Source of the DNA: a virus
Strand: one strand, 5' to 3'
Length of the DNA: 64,000 bases
IMG/VR virus record: IMGVR_UViG_3300037461_001096
Span: 75,068-139,067 of that record
The notes under the pieces: generated by a model
Seen by the model: only the letters and a program-made list of their open reading frames with translations
The model's database searches: none
What the model was told of the DNA's origin: nothing
In this document: positions 39,510-49,768 of the stretch, one piece after another
How positions within the stretch are numbered: the first letter of the stretch is position 1
How the letters are laid out: every line of letters starts with the position of its first letter
Program-made: the position numbers and the translations under genes

Positions 39510-40649
39510 TCAACCGCGCAATAGGAAACTGGACTCAGAACCCCCAAGTGTGTAGGGATTTGGGTTTCCTATAATCCTTTTCAGTGGAACTAAAACTCGA
39601 CTTCTGCACGCTATTGTGATGTTTATCAATGCTACTGTCGGATCATTCGGAAGAACGGAAACACCGATAGACTTGATTGACATTGGATACTCGGCATCTG
39701 TGACTTGTTGATTTGGGTTCTGATTTTGCTGCATTTTAATGTTTTGGTAAGCCGCAAAAGCTTGACTGGCATCCATTGTCAACATGGAATTGACAGTGTT
39801 CTTAGCAGTCGATCCTTTTCCACCAATTCTATCGATAAGTTTTGAGCCGAGCCATGGCCATTTCCAATGTGATCCAAGTCTAGTAAATAAGAATTTGTCC
39901 AGTTCTTGGGACAGTAAATCAGTGTCCCTTACAGTTTCATAAGACCCGTTTTTTACGCTATAATCGAATTCTATTCTTGTTCCACCGCATCTCCTACAAA
40001 AATTGGCATATGTCACATAACTCAAGTGTATGGTGGGTTTCTTGTTCGGAACGACACCATGAAATTTGATAACTTTTTCCAAAGGAAGAAACTCGGAAAA
40101 TTTTTCTATTGTCCATGGGGGAAATAAGACCTTCCCTGAAACAACCCTTCCAGGGGCAATCCCAAGTCTTGAATATGCTCCTAATGTCCGTCCAGTCGTT
40201 GGGAGTGACTGGGTCTTGTCAGTCCATCTAGGATCAACAAAAGAAAAAGCTGCCCCATTAATCGGGTTCTTCGACTGGACGACTACCCTATTATTCATCA
40301 CGGAAAATGCTAAAAGCGGGATTTTCCTGGAAAGATCTTCAGCAAGATCCTGAGCCTTTACATTTCCAGTAATAAGTTGGACAAACGTAGGAAGGTCTTT
40401 ACCTATTTTAACATATATGAGATCGTTCAAATCGCGCTTGATCCGATATGGACCTGGATTCAAAAAAGCAACAGAAGCATACGAAACTAAACCTGATGGT
40501 GGAATCTCGACACCGTCAACCCATAAAGTTACTTTTTGATTTACAGGCGGGGCCCTGAATCTGACCATTCCAGATATACCATCGTAGGTACCGGTCTCTC
40601 TACGAATTTCGTGGCTACATATTTTTTGTAACGCAAAATCGTAGCTCAT
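39510..40649 (-). CDS. Baseplate wedge gp25-like protein with N-terminal extensions
   Basis: C-terminal LLSQELDKFLFTRLGSHWKWPWLGS.L gp25-like motif; CRRC; upstream of the J-like gene. Confidence 0.65.
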   Translation of the reverse strand: MSYDFALQKICSHEIRRETGTYDGISGMVRFRAPPVNQKVTLWVDGVEIPPSGLVSYASVAFLNPGPYRIKRDLNDLIYVKIGKDLPTFVQLITGNVKAQDLAEDLSRKIPLLAFSVMNNRVVVQSKNPINGAAFSFVDPRWTDKTQSLPTTGRTLGAYSRLGIAPGRVVSGKVLFPPWTIEKFSEFLPLEKVIKFHGVVPNKKPTIHLSYVTYANFCRRCGGTRIEFDYSVKNGSYETVRDTDLLSQELDKFLFTRLGSHWKWPWLGSKLIDRIGGKGSTAKNTVNSMLTMDASQAFAAYQNIKMQQNQNPNQQVTDAEYPMSIKSIGVSVLPNDPTVALINITIACRSRVLVPLKRIIGNPNPYTLGGSESSFLLRG

Positions 40650-41350
40650 AGCCCACCATGTCCACCACGTTGATGCCCACTTGCAGCAACCTCGACAGCG
40701 TCTACCATGGTCGGGTCGACAATATTCCCAATCTGGAGTCCGTGTCTATCTCCTTCTCGAATTGGGACATTCATTCTTCCAGGTTCAAACATAGTTGTTT
40801 CTACATCAACAATTTGCTCATCGATAACAAAGCCGTTGATGAGTCCGTCTATCATATCATATTCTTGTTGAAGCTGGTCGGCATAATCCATGGCTCTTTT
40901 GATTTTAAACTCTAGGTGCTCCCTCTTTGATTTTATAACCTCAAGTTGCCATTTTTTCAACGCTTCCACGGCTAAACCAAGAGATCTATCAAAACGTTGA
41001 GACCCCCGGTCAAGCCTTCCGTTTGAATACGATGGGGAGCTGCTCATGTCCACCCCACGATGTAAAAAGACCGGTTTGTCTCGAATTCTTAACAACATAT
41101 CATTTTCTGGCACACCACCGAGCATTCTATACGCCAAAAGAAGCTTCCCTATATACGTTCTGGGGGCGGCAGTAAAAGAAATTGGTGTCATGTTATCGTC
41201 ATCATAGACACATGACACCTGACCGGTCCGCGCAATTTCCGCTTTGAGCCACGTCAAACGGGCTCCCAACTCTTCTCTTTGAACGACTGTAAAATCCTTA
41301 AAGTCGTCCCACTGAGCTTTGGTAAAAGTTCCGAAAAAGTTATAAGCCAT
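40646..41350 (-). CDS. Hypothetical helical protein (structural cluster)
   Basis: 234-aa ORF, AAGG upstream, coupled to the gp25-like gene. Confidence 0.75.
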   Translation of the reverse strand: MAYNFFGTFTKAQWDDFKDFTVVQREELGARLTWLKAEIARTGQVSCVYDDDNMTPISFTAAPRTYIGKLLLAYRMLGGVPENDMLLRIRDKPVFLHRGVDMSSSPSYSNGRLDRGSQRFDRSLGLAVEALKKWQLEVIKSKREHLEFKIKRAMDYADQLQQEYDMIDGLINGFVIDEQIVDVETTMFEPGRMNVPIREGDRHGLQIGNIVDPTMVDAVEVAASGHQRGGHGGL

Positions 41351-41389
41351 AAATATCTACCTTGCTTGAGTATAGAGGTCTTTGGCTAT

Positions 41390-41423
41390 CATAGTTCACA
41401 TAATGATTGAAAAGTGAACTATG
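41390..41423. terminator. Intergenic stem-loop (10-bp stem)
   Basis: CATAGTTCAC-N14-GTGAACTATG; no clear U-tract. Confidence 0.35.
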
Positions 41424-41437
41424 GCCGTGATAAACCT

Positions 41438-43684
41438 TCATTTTGAACCAACCGTTAGAAGAAATTTCAAAGCCTCCAGTGCTTTTGTAAACCCAGGACC
41501 AGGGCCACCGGCTGTCATTATAAGACCTGAATGTAAGCCGAATGGCTTATCCCCTGGTTTATTCTGTGAGTCCATCAATCCTTGAATGAGACTGTTTACC
41601 CCATCAGTTCCTGACACCCATAAGGAACTGACTGACACTTCAATATTTAGCATTTCAATTAAGGCGATTATGGCCCTAACAAGTTGTTCTAAGTCTCGAA
41701 TTCTTTGAATAAGCGTTTCAATGATATCTGTTATTTCTTTCAGGGCACTTTCTATAGCCTTTAAAAGCGCCAGAATCCACTGCTCAAAATCATATAAGAA
41801 TGGAACAATTGCAGGGAATAAGTCCCCAATGGTTACTGAGTACCATTGAAGATAGTTAACTGGCCCAATAGACAGGGCTAGACGCAAAAAATCGGCTAAG
41901 TCATTTCGCTCATCAACGCTAACACTTATTCCGGCCGAAGCTGGCCCTGGCAATAACGGAAGTGGGCCGTCATACGCTTTTCCTGGAATCTCGGCATATC
42001 TTGGATTTTCTTTTTCAAGATAACTGAGTATTTCTTCATTAGTTTTATCAGTCACATCTCCAAGAACGCCAAACAGCCCCCAATGAGACTTCACCGTTCC
42101 TGTTGTTTGATTATCCGGCGAGTATGACTTAACGCCTCCCATGCCAGCAACAGTGAACTCGTATCCAACTGCTCCAAGGATTTTTTCAACTGTTCCTTTG
42201 ACGCCAGCGGCCCATAATTTTCCAAGCCTCATCATTAACTGTGGCTTTGTCCGAATTTTTTCGACTATCGGATTTACGATTCTTCTAATTGTTGGTTTTA
42301 GAAATGGAAATTTAACAAAAGAATCGGATGTATTGTTATCATATTTAATTACCCCAATTTGACCAGCAATGACTGACAAAGTGCCCCAACCCGTTTTCTG
42401 ATAAATGACAGTAGAGTTATCATCTGCCGTAGGATATGGAAGTTCAAAATTCAAGAGGAGAGCGGCAAGAACAGAATTAAGCAAATCCTTATATAAATCA
42501 AATATGTCCGAATCAGACATACTCAGTGGAACAAATCCTTTAACAGTAGCACTGGGCTTTCCCATAACTACATTTTTGCCATAGTTGACAACCCAGCCAT
42601 ACTGTGAATCTTGTTTTACAAAATTTTCTCGGGCGTCGTCCGGTGTTGTTATATAGTCATTTCGAACATATAAATCATTCAGTTTACCCATATAGGTTCG
42701 AACTCTATAATAATAAATTTTTCCTTCTTCTACATCTGTGTCAATATATCGATACGTTCCAGTCACCCCACCAAGATAAGTAATATTATCAGCCTTTCTT
42801 CGTGTACGGAAGAATTTATAAGCCCCTCCCCCACGTTCTTTCACAGCTATCTTTGTTGACACAGATGGGATGTTATATTTCGCTGCCATTCTTGCAACGC
42901 GGGTCCCCTGAGTCTTGGAATCGAATTTAGCGTATACATATTCTCCTGTTGGATGCGTAGCGTCAGTTCGTTCAATGATAAATTTTTGTCCAAGATTATA
43001 ACTCGGTAAAGATGCAGCTATTTGTCCAACAAGAGTTGGAGACCCGATTCCAGCTGCAGATGTTGGCATCTTCCATTCTAGAACAAGCTTTGGGGTTGTT
43101 GTTCCTGTCACTTTTTGGTATAACTGCCAAAACTGGGTAGCAGGGCCTCCATTTTGCGTTGGAGTACTAACCTTTAGATCGACAGGGGCAGCAAGCCCAA
43201 CATCGTCCATCGGGTGCTTTATTAAATCCAACAGGGCAATTACTTCACTGAGCAGGTCCGCTGGGGACTCGGCCCCAATATATAAAATACTCATCATCGC
43301 ATTCATGCCGGCGGTATACTGCGGCCTGAAAGGATCAGTTTCGTCATAAAATTTTCCGATTACTTTTGCCTCGAAACCTTTGTATCCACCAGATACCGAA
43401 TTAAACACAGCGCGAAGATCAGATCGTCGAAAATCGGGACGGACAAGCAAAACTGCAAATCCAGTGGATTTTATTTGATTAATGATCGCTCTAATTGACG
43501 CTAGCAGTAAGGCTATGATTGCCCTAAGTGGGTTCAACAAATCCAGTGAGAATACTTTAATTAAAGCAAGCAAAGCCTCCAGGATAGCCTCAACCGATTC
43601 TAAAACAGTTAATAAGCTCTGTAGTGGAGGCTTAAGCTTCCCTAGTGGGTCTATATTTATTTTCAGGCTGGACCAGTCAGACAT
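41438..43684 (-). CDS. Virion protein with amphipathic helical termini and an FN3-like central domain
   Basis: Leu/Ile heptad helices at both ends; YRYIDTDVEEGKIYYYRVR FN3-like motif. Confidence 0.7.
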   Translation of the reverse strand: MSDWSSLKINIDPLGKLKPPLQSLLTVLESVEAILEALLALIKVFSLDLLNPLRAIIALLLASIRAIINQIKSTGFAVLLVRPDFRRSDLRAVFNSVSGGYKGFEAKVIGKFYDETDPFRPQYTAGMNAMMSILYIGAESPADLLSEVIALLDLIKHPMDDVGLAAPVDLKVSTPTQNGGPATQFWQLYQKVTGTTTPKLVLEWKMPTSAAGIGSPTLVGQIAASLPSYNLGQKFIIERTDATHPTGEYVYAKFDSKTQGTRVARMAAKYNIPSVSTKIAVKERGGGAYKFFRTRRKADNITYLGGVTGTYRYIDTDVEEGKIYYYRVRTYMGKLNDLYVRNDYITTPDDARENFVKQDSQYGWVVNYGKNVVMGKPSATVKGFVPLSMSDSDIFDLYKDLLNSVLAALLLNFELPYPTADDNSTVIYQKTGWGTLSVIAGQIGVIKYDNNTSDSFVKFPFLKPTIRRIVNPIVEKIRTKPQLMMRLGKLWAAGVKGTVEKILGAVGYEFTVAGMGGVKSYSPDNQTTGTVKSHWGLFGVLGDVTDKTNEEILSYLEKENPRYAEIPGKAYDGPLPLLPGPASAGISVSVDERNDLADFLRLALSIGPVNYLQWYSVTIGDLFPAIVPFLYDFEQWILALLKAIESALKEITDIIETLIQRIRDLEQLVRAIIALIEMLNIEVSVSSLWVSGTDGVNSLIQGLMDSQNKPGDKPFGLHSGLIMTAGGPGPGFTKALEALKFLLTVGSK

Positions 43685-43974
43685 TATTTTCCACCCATTC
43701 GCTGCCTTGCCTGTAAGTGTTCTTCAAGCTTTGCCTTCTCAAAGTCGATCATCTTTTCAACCCCATCTTTCAATAATTTCAAAAATTCAACAAGAGTTGG
43801 ATTTGGCTGAAATTTCTGGTTATGAGCCCACGCTGGACTTATGCTATCGCATCCAAGGTCAGAGCTTTCCGTTGATTGTCTGTTATTTTCGTCAGTATGT
43901 CCAACGCTTGAGCAGTCGCTCTCGTCTGGAGTTGAAGAAGACCTGTCTCTTTGTTGGTTCTCTGATCTATCCAT
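43684..43974 (-). CDS. Small protein overlapping the 3' end of the 1774-aa gene
   Basis: GAGGT RBS before ATG 43974; helical C-terminal half fills the gap to the next gene with a TAATG coupling. Confidence 0.55.
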   Translation of the reverse strand: MDRSENQQRDRSSSTPDESDCSSVGHTDENNRQSTESSDLGCDSISPAWAHNQKFQPNPTLVEFLKLLKDGVEKMIDFEKAKLEEHLQARQRMGGK

Positions 43975-46900
43975 AGATACCTCATGTCATAAAGATTGTC
44001 ACCGTCTCGAAGAAGGCTGGTCAGACTTGGAATATTTCCGCCAGACCCCAGCATCCCAGAGAGATCTTTTTGTCTCTGTTGGACCACTGTTGCTCTTGCA
44101 ACAACGTCATCGTATGTTGGAGAAAATGACTGCGTAAGCTTCAAGAATGTCAGGGTATTTCGATAAAAGCACGCAACAAATTTGAATTCCAACTCTTGTA
44201 GGAATGCCCACGGGTTGATAATTGAATATTGTCCAGTAGCCCCAGCAATCAAAGGTGGATATGGAGACGAGTTAACTGTAACTGTGTTTCCAGACGCTGA
44301 AGAAATTTTCCATAGACCTCGGCTCAGTCCACTTTTCACCCAAAGAAGTTTTCCTTCTGTTCCAGAAAGACTGGACGACGACGTCCATACAGACTCCGAA
44401 GTGGAGGTTCCATAACCGGATGATATTTGTTCCCCAAACATTGTTACAGCATTGTCTAAGCAAGCCAGCTCAAAGTTCAAAAACTTAATTTCATCATTCA
44501 ATGTATACTGAATATTTGTTACAGATCCAACAATAAAACTACTTCCGGTTAAGTCCAACCCCGTTAAATGACTGTTCAATACGACATAAGTTGGGAAAAT
44601 TTTAGAAACTGTAGCAACTTGTCCGCTGTTTGGTCCATCAACAAATTGAATGACATCTCCAATGGCAAGATTTTTTCCGAAGATACTAACGACTGTGATA
44701 TTTGGTCCAACAAATTCATGCTTTGCAATCCCAGCTCGAAGTAAGGAAAGCTCCTTTAACAGCATATTCAATTCACAGTTTAAACGCGTTCTAGGGATTG
44801 AAAGTCGCCCGGAGTCATTTGCCTCCGAGCCGTCTAATGCAGGGACACGTTTTGGTTTCATGTCAACATTTGAAAATGAAACCGAGGCTTCTACAATTTC
44901 ATTTCCGACAAGTGGGTTGTTTTTAAACGGGAAACCAGACGGCATTTTGAAATATAGAATTTGCCCATTATCCGGAGTATAAGTATAATCAATTCCCGGA
45001 ACATACATATTTTGCATGTTTTTGTCACCACTAAAATCAGGAGGGTCTGGGGGGACTTGGGCTAAGCCTCCAATTTGTGGCATGGGTGTGGAAATATTTG
45101 TGTGCACAATATAAGGATTCACTAGATCAATGGATAAGATCTCTCCGTCAGCAAGCTTGTTCCCCTCGAGGTCAAACACTTGAATTTTTTGATCATTTAA
45201 AAATGGTGATACCAGATTTGTTGGGTCCCCATTCGTTCCAGACGACGGGGAACTTCCTCCTCTAAGAATTTCAGCAAAATTTATGGCATCCGCAGTTGAA
45301 TCAATAGTAAACCAAGTTCCGCTGGGCGTTACAGTCGATGATGTAAAGAAAGCCGACGCTCTTGATGTTGTGGTTGTTCCGACTGATGTTATATTCTTAA
45401 TTTTATAACTTCCAACTTGATCCCCATTTTTAGAAGAGATTATATCCTGAATGTAAGCAGCCCCAATGGAAACTGTTGGGAACAGTCTCGACAGGACGTT
45501 TGGATCCGACATCTTTCCATATACGGGAATTAAAACAGTTCTTAACGGGAATGATGAACTCATCGAAATTGTGTCGTAAAGCTTCACCTCATCATCTATG
45601 TCATTTTTGATTGACTGATAATCTGTTACTTTATGTACGATTCCATCGTACCGGAATCGACCGGAGCTCCCACCGACAATTCTTCCATCAACAAAAGATA
45701 AAATATCTTCGTATATGTTTATAACATCATGGTAGAATTTGAGAAATCTACTGGCCACCACGTCCATACTCTGGTAAAAAGTAGAGAAATACCAAGGGCT
45801 AGGAAGTCCAGCATCTTTTGTCTGTTGTGATGATATACTTACGACATTCGGGCCTGAGCTCAATATCGATGTGTTACTCGTGGCAAGAGATTTCGCTTCC
45901 GGCAAGAGAGAAACGATAGTCTCAACACGATAGAAGAATGAATCTGGCGCATGTAAGTCATAATCCATCCTAAGCTGTTGCGAAATCAGTCCATTTGAGT
46001 TATCGGGGGCAATCTCATAAGCAAAATTGACCTCAAATTTAGTGCCTATTGGTTGGAATACTCTAGCCACATACATGACACGAAGTATATCCCCAAAAGT
46101 AACAGGGGCCCGAAGTTTGAAAATGCCATCATCACCAAGGGAATAGTCAATATCTTTCTGTAAAACAGATGAAGACGTTTTCCCCATTTTTGCCAGGACG
46201 AATCCTCGCGATATATGAGCCGATCTCAGCGTGGAGAAATCGCCCAATGGATCTGCAATCGGGCGAATTGTCCGTTTAACTATTGGGGTTATATAATTTC
46301 TACGTGCAGATCCGGCAGTGCTAACAGTTGTTATGTTAGAGGCAGCGTCATAGGATGACCCTAAGACCCAGTATGGGTCATCGTCAAAGTCTATAACTGT
46401 TCCAATTCTATAATTCGAAGTTGAATTTCCATGAATTCTAACACTATTGGTTCCAAATACGAAGATCTCAACAGTGTTTGTTTCCTCGATCATATATGAC
46501 GGCGTATGCATTGGAGCAATGAAAGAAAGCGCGTGCCGCTGATTAATCACATCACAAACTTTGATCGATGACCCGTCCGCGACTGACGCTTGTGCAAATG
46601 AAATAGTTGTGATATCTGAAGTTAAATCATATACTGATGACGTAGTATAAAGTATATCCTTGTTTTCTATCAAAATAGCGCCACCAGGCTTAAAAATGTT
46701 AGTTTGATTTCCACTTACTGTGAGTGTTCGCTGCCCCGAAGAGCCACCAGGCACAGGTCCCAGTATTTTAAGCGAGTCGTTCTCTATCGGAGAATATAGT
46801 AAATTAAACGATAACTCTCCACCATTTGCTTCTTTGACCCAGTAATCAATCGTTACAGGCCCACTTGTTAATGCATTTTGCAATGTGATAACGCCAGGAG

Positions 46901-49163
46901 AAGAAAGAGAATAAGTCGTTGGATCCTGGGTTATACCCTGGATATATAAAGACACTGGACTATCTAGACTAAGTGTCTTTCCGGCAGAATTGAATATAAT
47001 TGTTCTAGACCCAACAGTATAAGCAGGAACCTCTTGACTAATTTTAAACGATGCCGTCTCTGTTCTTTGTGTGGATGTAACAGTGACACCATCATCTGAT
47101 GTGTCAAGAGATACATAATTAACCCGAAAAACTTCTCCTGGCCTGGCTGCAAGAGAAAAACCAACTTGCCCAACATTTTCTTTCACTGAATATTGACCGA
47201 CGTCAACTTTAGTGAATGGGCCTGACAGTCCAGTTGGGCTCCTATATAAGGAAAACCTTTTAGGTACCGACGAGACCGGAGCCCAGATTCTGTCTGCAAT
47301 GATTTCATCCGTAGCTCTAACGGAAGCGGACACGGTCTCTGCGCTGAGAAACGGTGGATCTACAGTTATAACTGTAGATGACTTGACTCCAATTATATCC
47401 CGAATACCAGAGTTAGACCCGGTTAGAATGAGGAGTCGCTTATTAATATCTGAAGCGTTGAACGATGGAGACGTTGCGGTGAATGTGCTGTTATAAGCAG
47501 ATCCAGAAATATCTCTCGAATTAGCATCACCTTCCCCAATGGGCTCAACAAATTCAATTACCCCCGCCGAAGCATTCAAATCGAAGTCTGACATAGACAA
47601 AAGAACATCATTCATCTTTATTTGAACACCACGAGTGCTCAAAGCCGCGTTATCAAGCTTGATAAATGACTGACTCTGCGGGAGGGTGAATGCTCTCGGG
47701 TGCGCACGATATGTGAATTTAAGTCTTTTTGTATCCAAATCTAGAAGATACCCCAACCCGGGTAATGACGGGTTAGTGGCGTCAACAAGATTTCCAACAT
47801 ATTTACCAGTCCCCATCTCGACCTTCAGCTTAAGATTCGAGTTAACGGTAGGAACTGTCGGGAGCATCATGAATGGAAACCCAGGAATATTATCGGTTAA
47901 AAGTTGAGAAACTTTATATATGACCGTGAAATCTGGTGCTACAGATGGTCCTGGGCCGTTAGCCCCAGATCTCCTCATCCGAACGGCGACACCAGGGGCC
48001 CCCACAGACAGCAATGCATCAACATATCCAAAGGTCCACAAACGAAAACTGGTGACATCAGACGCCGACAGAAAAACGTTTCCAGTGTCTTTATCTAGAT
48101 AAAACCACCCAGCAGACGGAGGATTGGATGGATACCCATTAGAGGATTGAAAAATCTGTGCACACGAAAAATAGTTTCTGATATTTCCACTTTTTTCGGC
48201 AAATACAATAAACTTGACAGAATCATCGCTACCAATTGCCACAGGAATGTTGAACGATGGATTCGGCCATCCAGACGATAAAGTTATCCCACTTTGTCTT
48301 GATAAAGCAGCCGATCCAATAAACAAACCGTCATAATAGACAGTCTCTTCAGGATTTGCTGTTATATCAGCTGCAGAGAACTTTAGCTTTCCGGTATCAG
48401 CCGACCACAATACCGTTCCAATAGAGACGGATCCCATAGAACTCTCTGTTGGAACTTCGATCGGGGTTAAATATGGTCCGTATCCGATCCGGATTCTCGG
48501 GGTCTGACCCGAAGCTGGCCTCGGATTCATGAAAATGCGGTAATCTGTTGTAGAAAAAGCTGGTAACGACCCGATTGCTCCCTTACTTTGCATTCTCGAA
48601 ACAAATGACTGTCCCGTGAACAGGACTGGTTTATTCTGATGTAAAACTGTGTCAACAGCACTAAAATTTAGCTGTCCGCTACTATTCACTTCAACAGTGA
48701 GAGATGGTAGACTGGATGGATCTGAAAAAGCTCCGGATCCTACAAAAACTAATGAAAAGGAAATGCGCGGAGTTTCATCAATATATAAATCGAATGGGGC
48801 GGAGCTTTTTTTTGAAGGATCCGGAACTGGAATTGTTAGACGAGTGCTGTTTGATAGATCCCCAACGGCACGTGGAGCCATCCCTGGCATTGATAGCCAT
48901 CTACCAGAAAAGGTGTCATAGTCAAATCTCACAATTCCTGGGTCATTCCTTGTCCAATAAAACAGCAAACTCGGATCTGCAATGTCCAATTCATTTTTAG
49001 CTGGGTCCAATGAGCCGGCAATGACAGCATACTCGGCCCGTTCAGTCATTGTATTTAAAATGTTTTGACTAATTAAGACACTGTCTGGAGGATGTGTATA
49101 AACATTGTTACCAGTACTATAGCGAATACCTTCTAACAGAATACCACTCATATCAAGAGTCAT
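43839..49163 (-). CDS. Large baseplate/virion structural protein (1774 aa)
   Basis: Beta-rich repeats (DYS/DYT small domains), helical DGRIVGG..GRFRY segment, position next to the spike. Confidence 0.7.
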   Translation of the reverse strand: MTLDMSGILLEGIRYSTGNNVYTHPPDSVLISQNILNTMTERAEYAVIAGSLDPAKNELDIADPSLLFYWTRNDPGIVRFDYDTFSGRWLSMPGMAPRAVGDLSNSTRLTIPVPDPSKKSSAPFDLYIDETPRISFSLVFVGSGAFSDPSSLPSLTVEVNSSGQLNFSAVDTVLHQNKPVLFTGQSFVSRMQSKGAIGSLPAFSTTDYRIFMNPRPASGQTPRIRIGYGPYLTPIEVPTESSMGSVSIGTVLWSADTGKLKFSAADITANPEETVYYDGLFIGSAALSRQSGITLSSGWPNPSFNIPVAIGSDDSVKFIVFAEKSGNIRNYFSCAQIFQSSNGYPSNPPSAGWFYLDKDTGNVFLSASDVTSFRLWTFGYVDALLSVGAPGVAVRMRRSGANGPGPSVAPDFTVIYKVSQLLTDNIPGFPFMMLPTVPTVNSNLKLKVEMGTGKYVGNLVDATNPSLPGLGYLLDLDTKRLKFTYRAHPRAFTLPQSQSFIKLDNAALSTRGVQIKMNDVLLSMSDFDLNASAGVIEFVEPIGEGDANSRDISGSAYNSTFTATSPSFNASDINKRLLILTGSNSGIRDIIGVKSSTVITVDPPFLSAETVSASVRATDEIIADRIWAPVSSVPKRFSLYRSPTGLSGPFTKVDVGQYSVKENVGQVGFSLAARPGEVFRVNYVSLDTSDDGVTVTSTQRTETASFKISQEVPAYTVGSRTIIFNSAGKTLSLDSPVSLYIQGITQDPTTYSLSSPGVITLQNALTSGPVTIDYWVKEANGGELSFNLLYSPIENDSLKILGPVPGGSSGQRTLTVSGNQTNIFKPGGAILIENKDILYTTSSVYDLTSDITTISFAQASVADGSSIKVCDVINQRHALSFIAPMHTPSYMIEETNTVEIFVFGTNSVRIHGNSTSNYRIGTVIDFDDDPYWVLGSSYDAASNITTVSTAGSARRNYITPIVKRTIRPIADPLGDFSTLRSAHISRGFVLAKMGKTSSSVLQKDIDYSLGDDGIFKLRAPVTFGDILRVMYVARVFQPIGTKFEVNFAYEIAPDNSNGLISQQLRMDYDLHAPDSFFYRVETIVSLLPEAKSLATSNTSILSSGPNVVSISSQQTKDAGLPSPWYFSTFYQSMDVVASRFLKFYHDVINIYEDILSFVDGRIVGGSSGRFRYDGIVHKVTDYQSIKNDIDDEVKLYDTISMSSSFPLRTVLIPVYGKMSDPNVLSRLFPTVSIGAAYIQDIISSKNGDQVGSYKIKNITSVGTTTTSRASAFFTSSTVTPSGTWFTIDSTADAINFAEILRGGSSPSSGTNGDPTNLVSPFLNDQKIQVFDLEGNKLADGEILSIDLVNPYIVHTNISTPMPQIGGLAQVPPDPPDFSGDKNMQNMYVPGIDYTYTPDNGQILYFKMPSGFPFKNNPLVGNEIVEASVSFSNVDMKPKRVPALDGSEANDSGRLSIPRTRLNCELNMLLKELSLLRAGIAKHEFVGPNITVVSIFGKNLAIGDVIQFVDGPNSGQVATVSKIFPTYVVLNSHLTGLDLTGSSFIVGSVTNIQYTLNDEIKFLNFELACLDNAVTMFGEQISSGYGTSTSESVWTSSSSLSGTEGKLLWVKSGLSRGLWKISSASGNTVTVNSSPYPPLIAGATGQYSIINPWAFLQELEFKFVACFYRNTLTFLKLTQSFSPTYDDVVARATVVQQRQKDLSGMLGSGGNIPSLTSLLRDGDNLYDMRYLWIDQRTNKETGLLQLQTRATAQALDILTKITDNQRKALTLDAIA

Positions 49164-49186
49164 GTTGGACGATACTCACAAGGGAG

Positions 49187-49768
49187 TTATAATAACTTAC
49201 CAGATCCAATACCTGAAGAGGGTATTATACTTGGCGGTCCAGCGATAGCTATTATCCCAATAGCCGTTGGCAGGACAGAGTCTAATGCTTTAGCTATGGC
49301 CGTCGCTAATCGGGGGGCGGCCGTACCGGTCATTCCGGCACTAAGAAAAGCTGCCGTGAATATTCCAACAGCTGCTGTAGTATTAGGTGTAATCTGCAGT
49401 TTTCCGGTCCCAACCCCGACAGATGGGTGTAACGTGTTTATTATAGCTGTCGATAAAGCTGTCGAGTATCCAATAGATACCCCAAGCGCGATCTGTGGCA
49501 TTGAAAGTCCGGAAATTCCGTGTCCAGGCAAAAATCCAGAGAGCGCAGTAAACAAAATTGACTGTGGGATTAACACGCCAATGCCGATTCCCTTACCAGC
49601 ACCGGCAGTCCCAATATCAATCGTCCCTACATTCATGGCGGTTTTGCCATATGTACATAAAGCATTTGTCAGGCCAAGTGTTAACCTACCACTTCCAGTA
49701 CCGATAGCCCCAGCCGACAGAAGCCCAGTCCTGACAAGAGCACCAACGGAAATAGGGTCAAGTGGCAT
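49187..49768 (-). CDS. Gly/Ala-rich hydrophobic protein following the spike (possible spike tip)
   Basis: TGATG coupling to the spike gene; two internal half-repeats ending in G-x-G-x-G-K motifs. Confidence 0.65.
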   Translation of the reverse strand: MPLDPISVGALVRTGLLSAGAIGTGSGRLTLGLTNALCTYGKTAMNVGTIDIGTAGAGKGIGIGVLIPQSILFTALSGFLPGHGISGLSMPQIALGVSIGYSTALSTAIINTLHPSVGVGTGKLQITPNTTAAVGIFTAAFLSAGMTGTAAPRLATAIAKALDSVLPTAIGIIAIAGPPSIIPSSGIGSGKLL

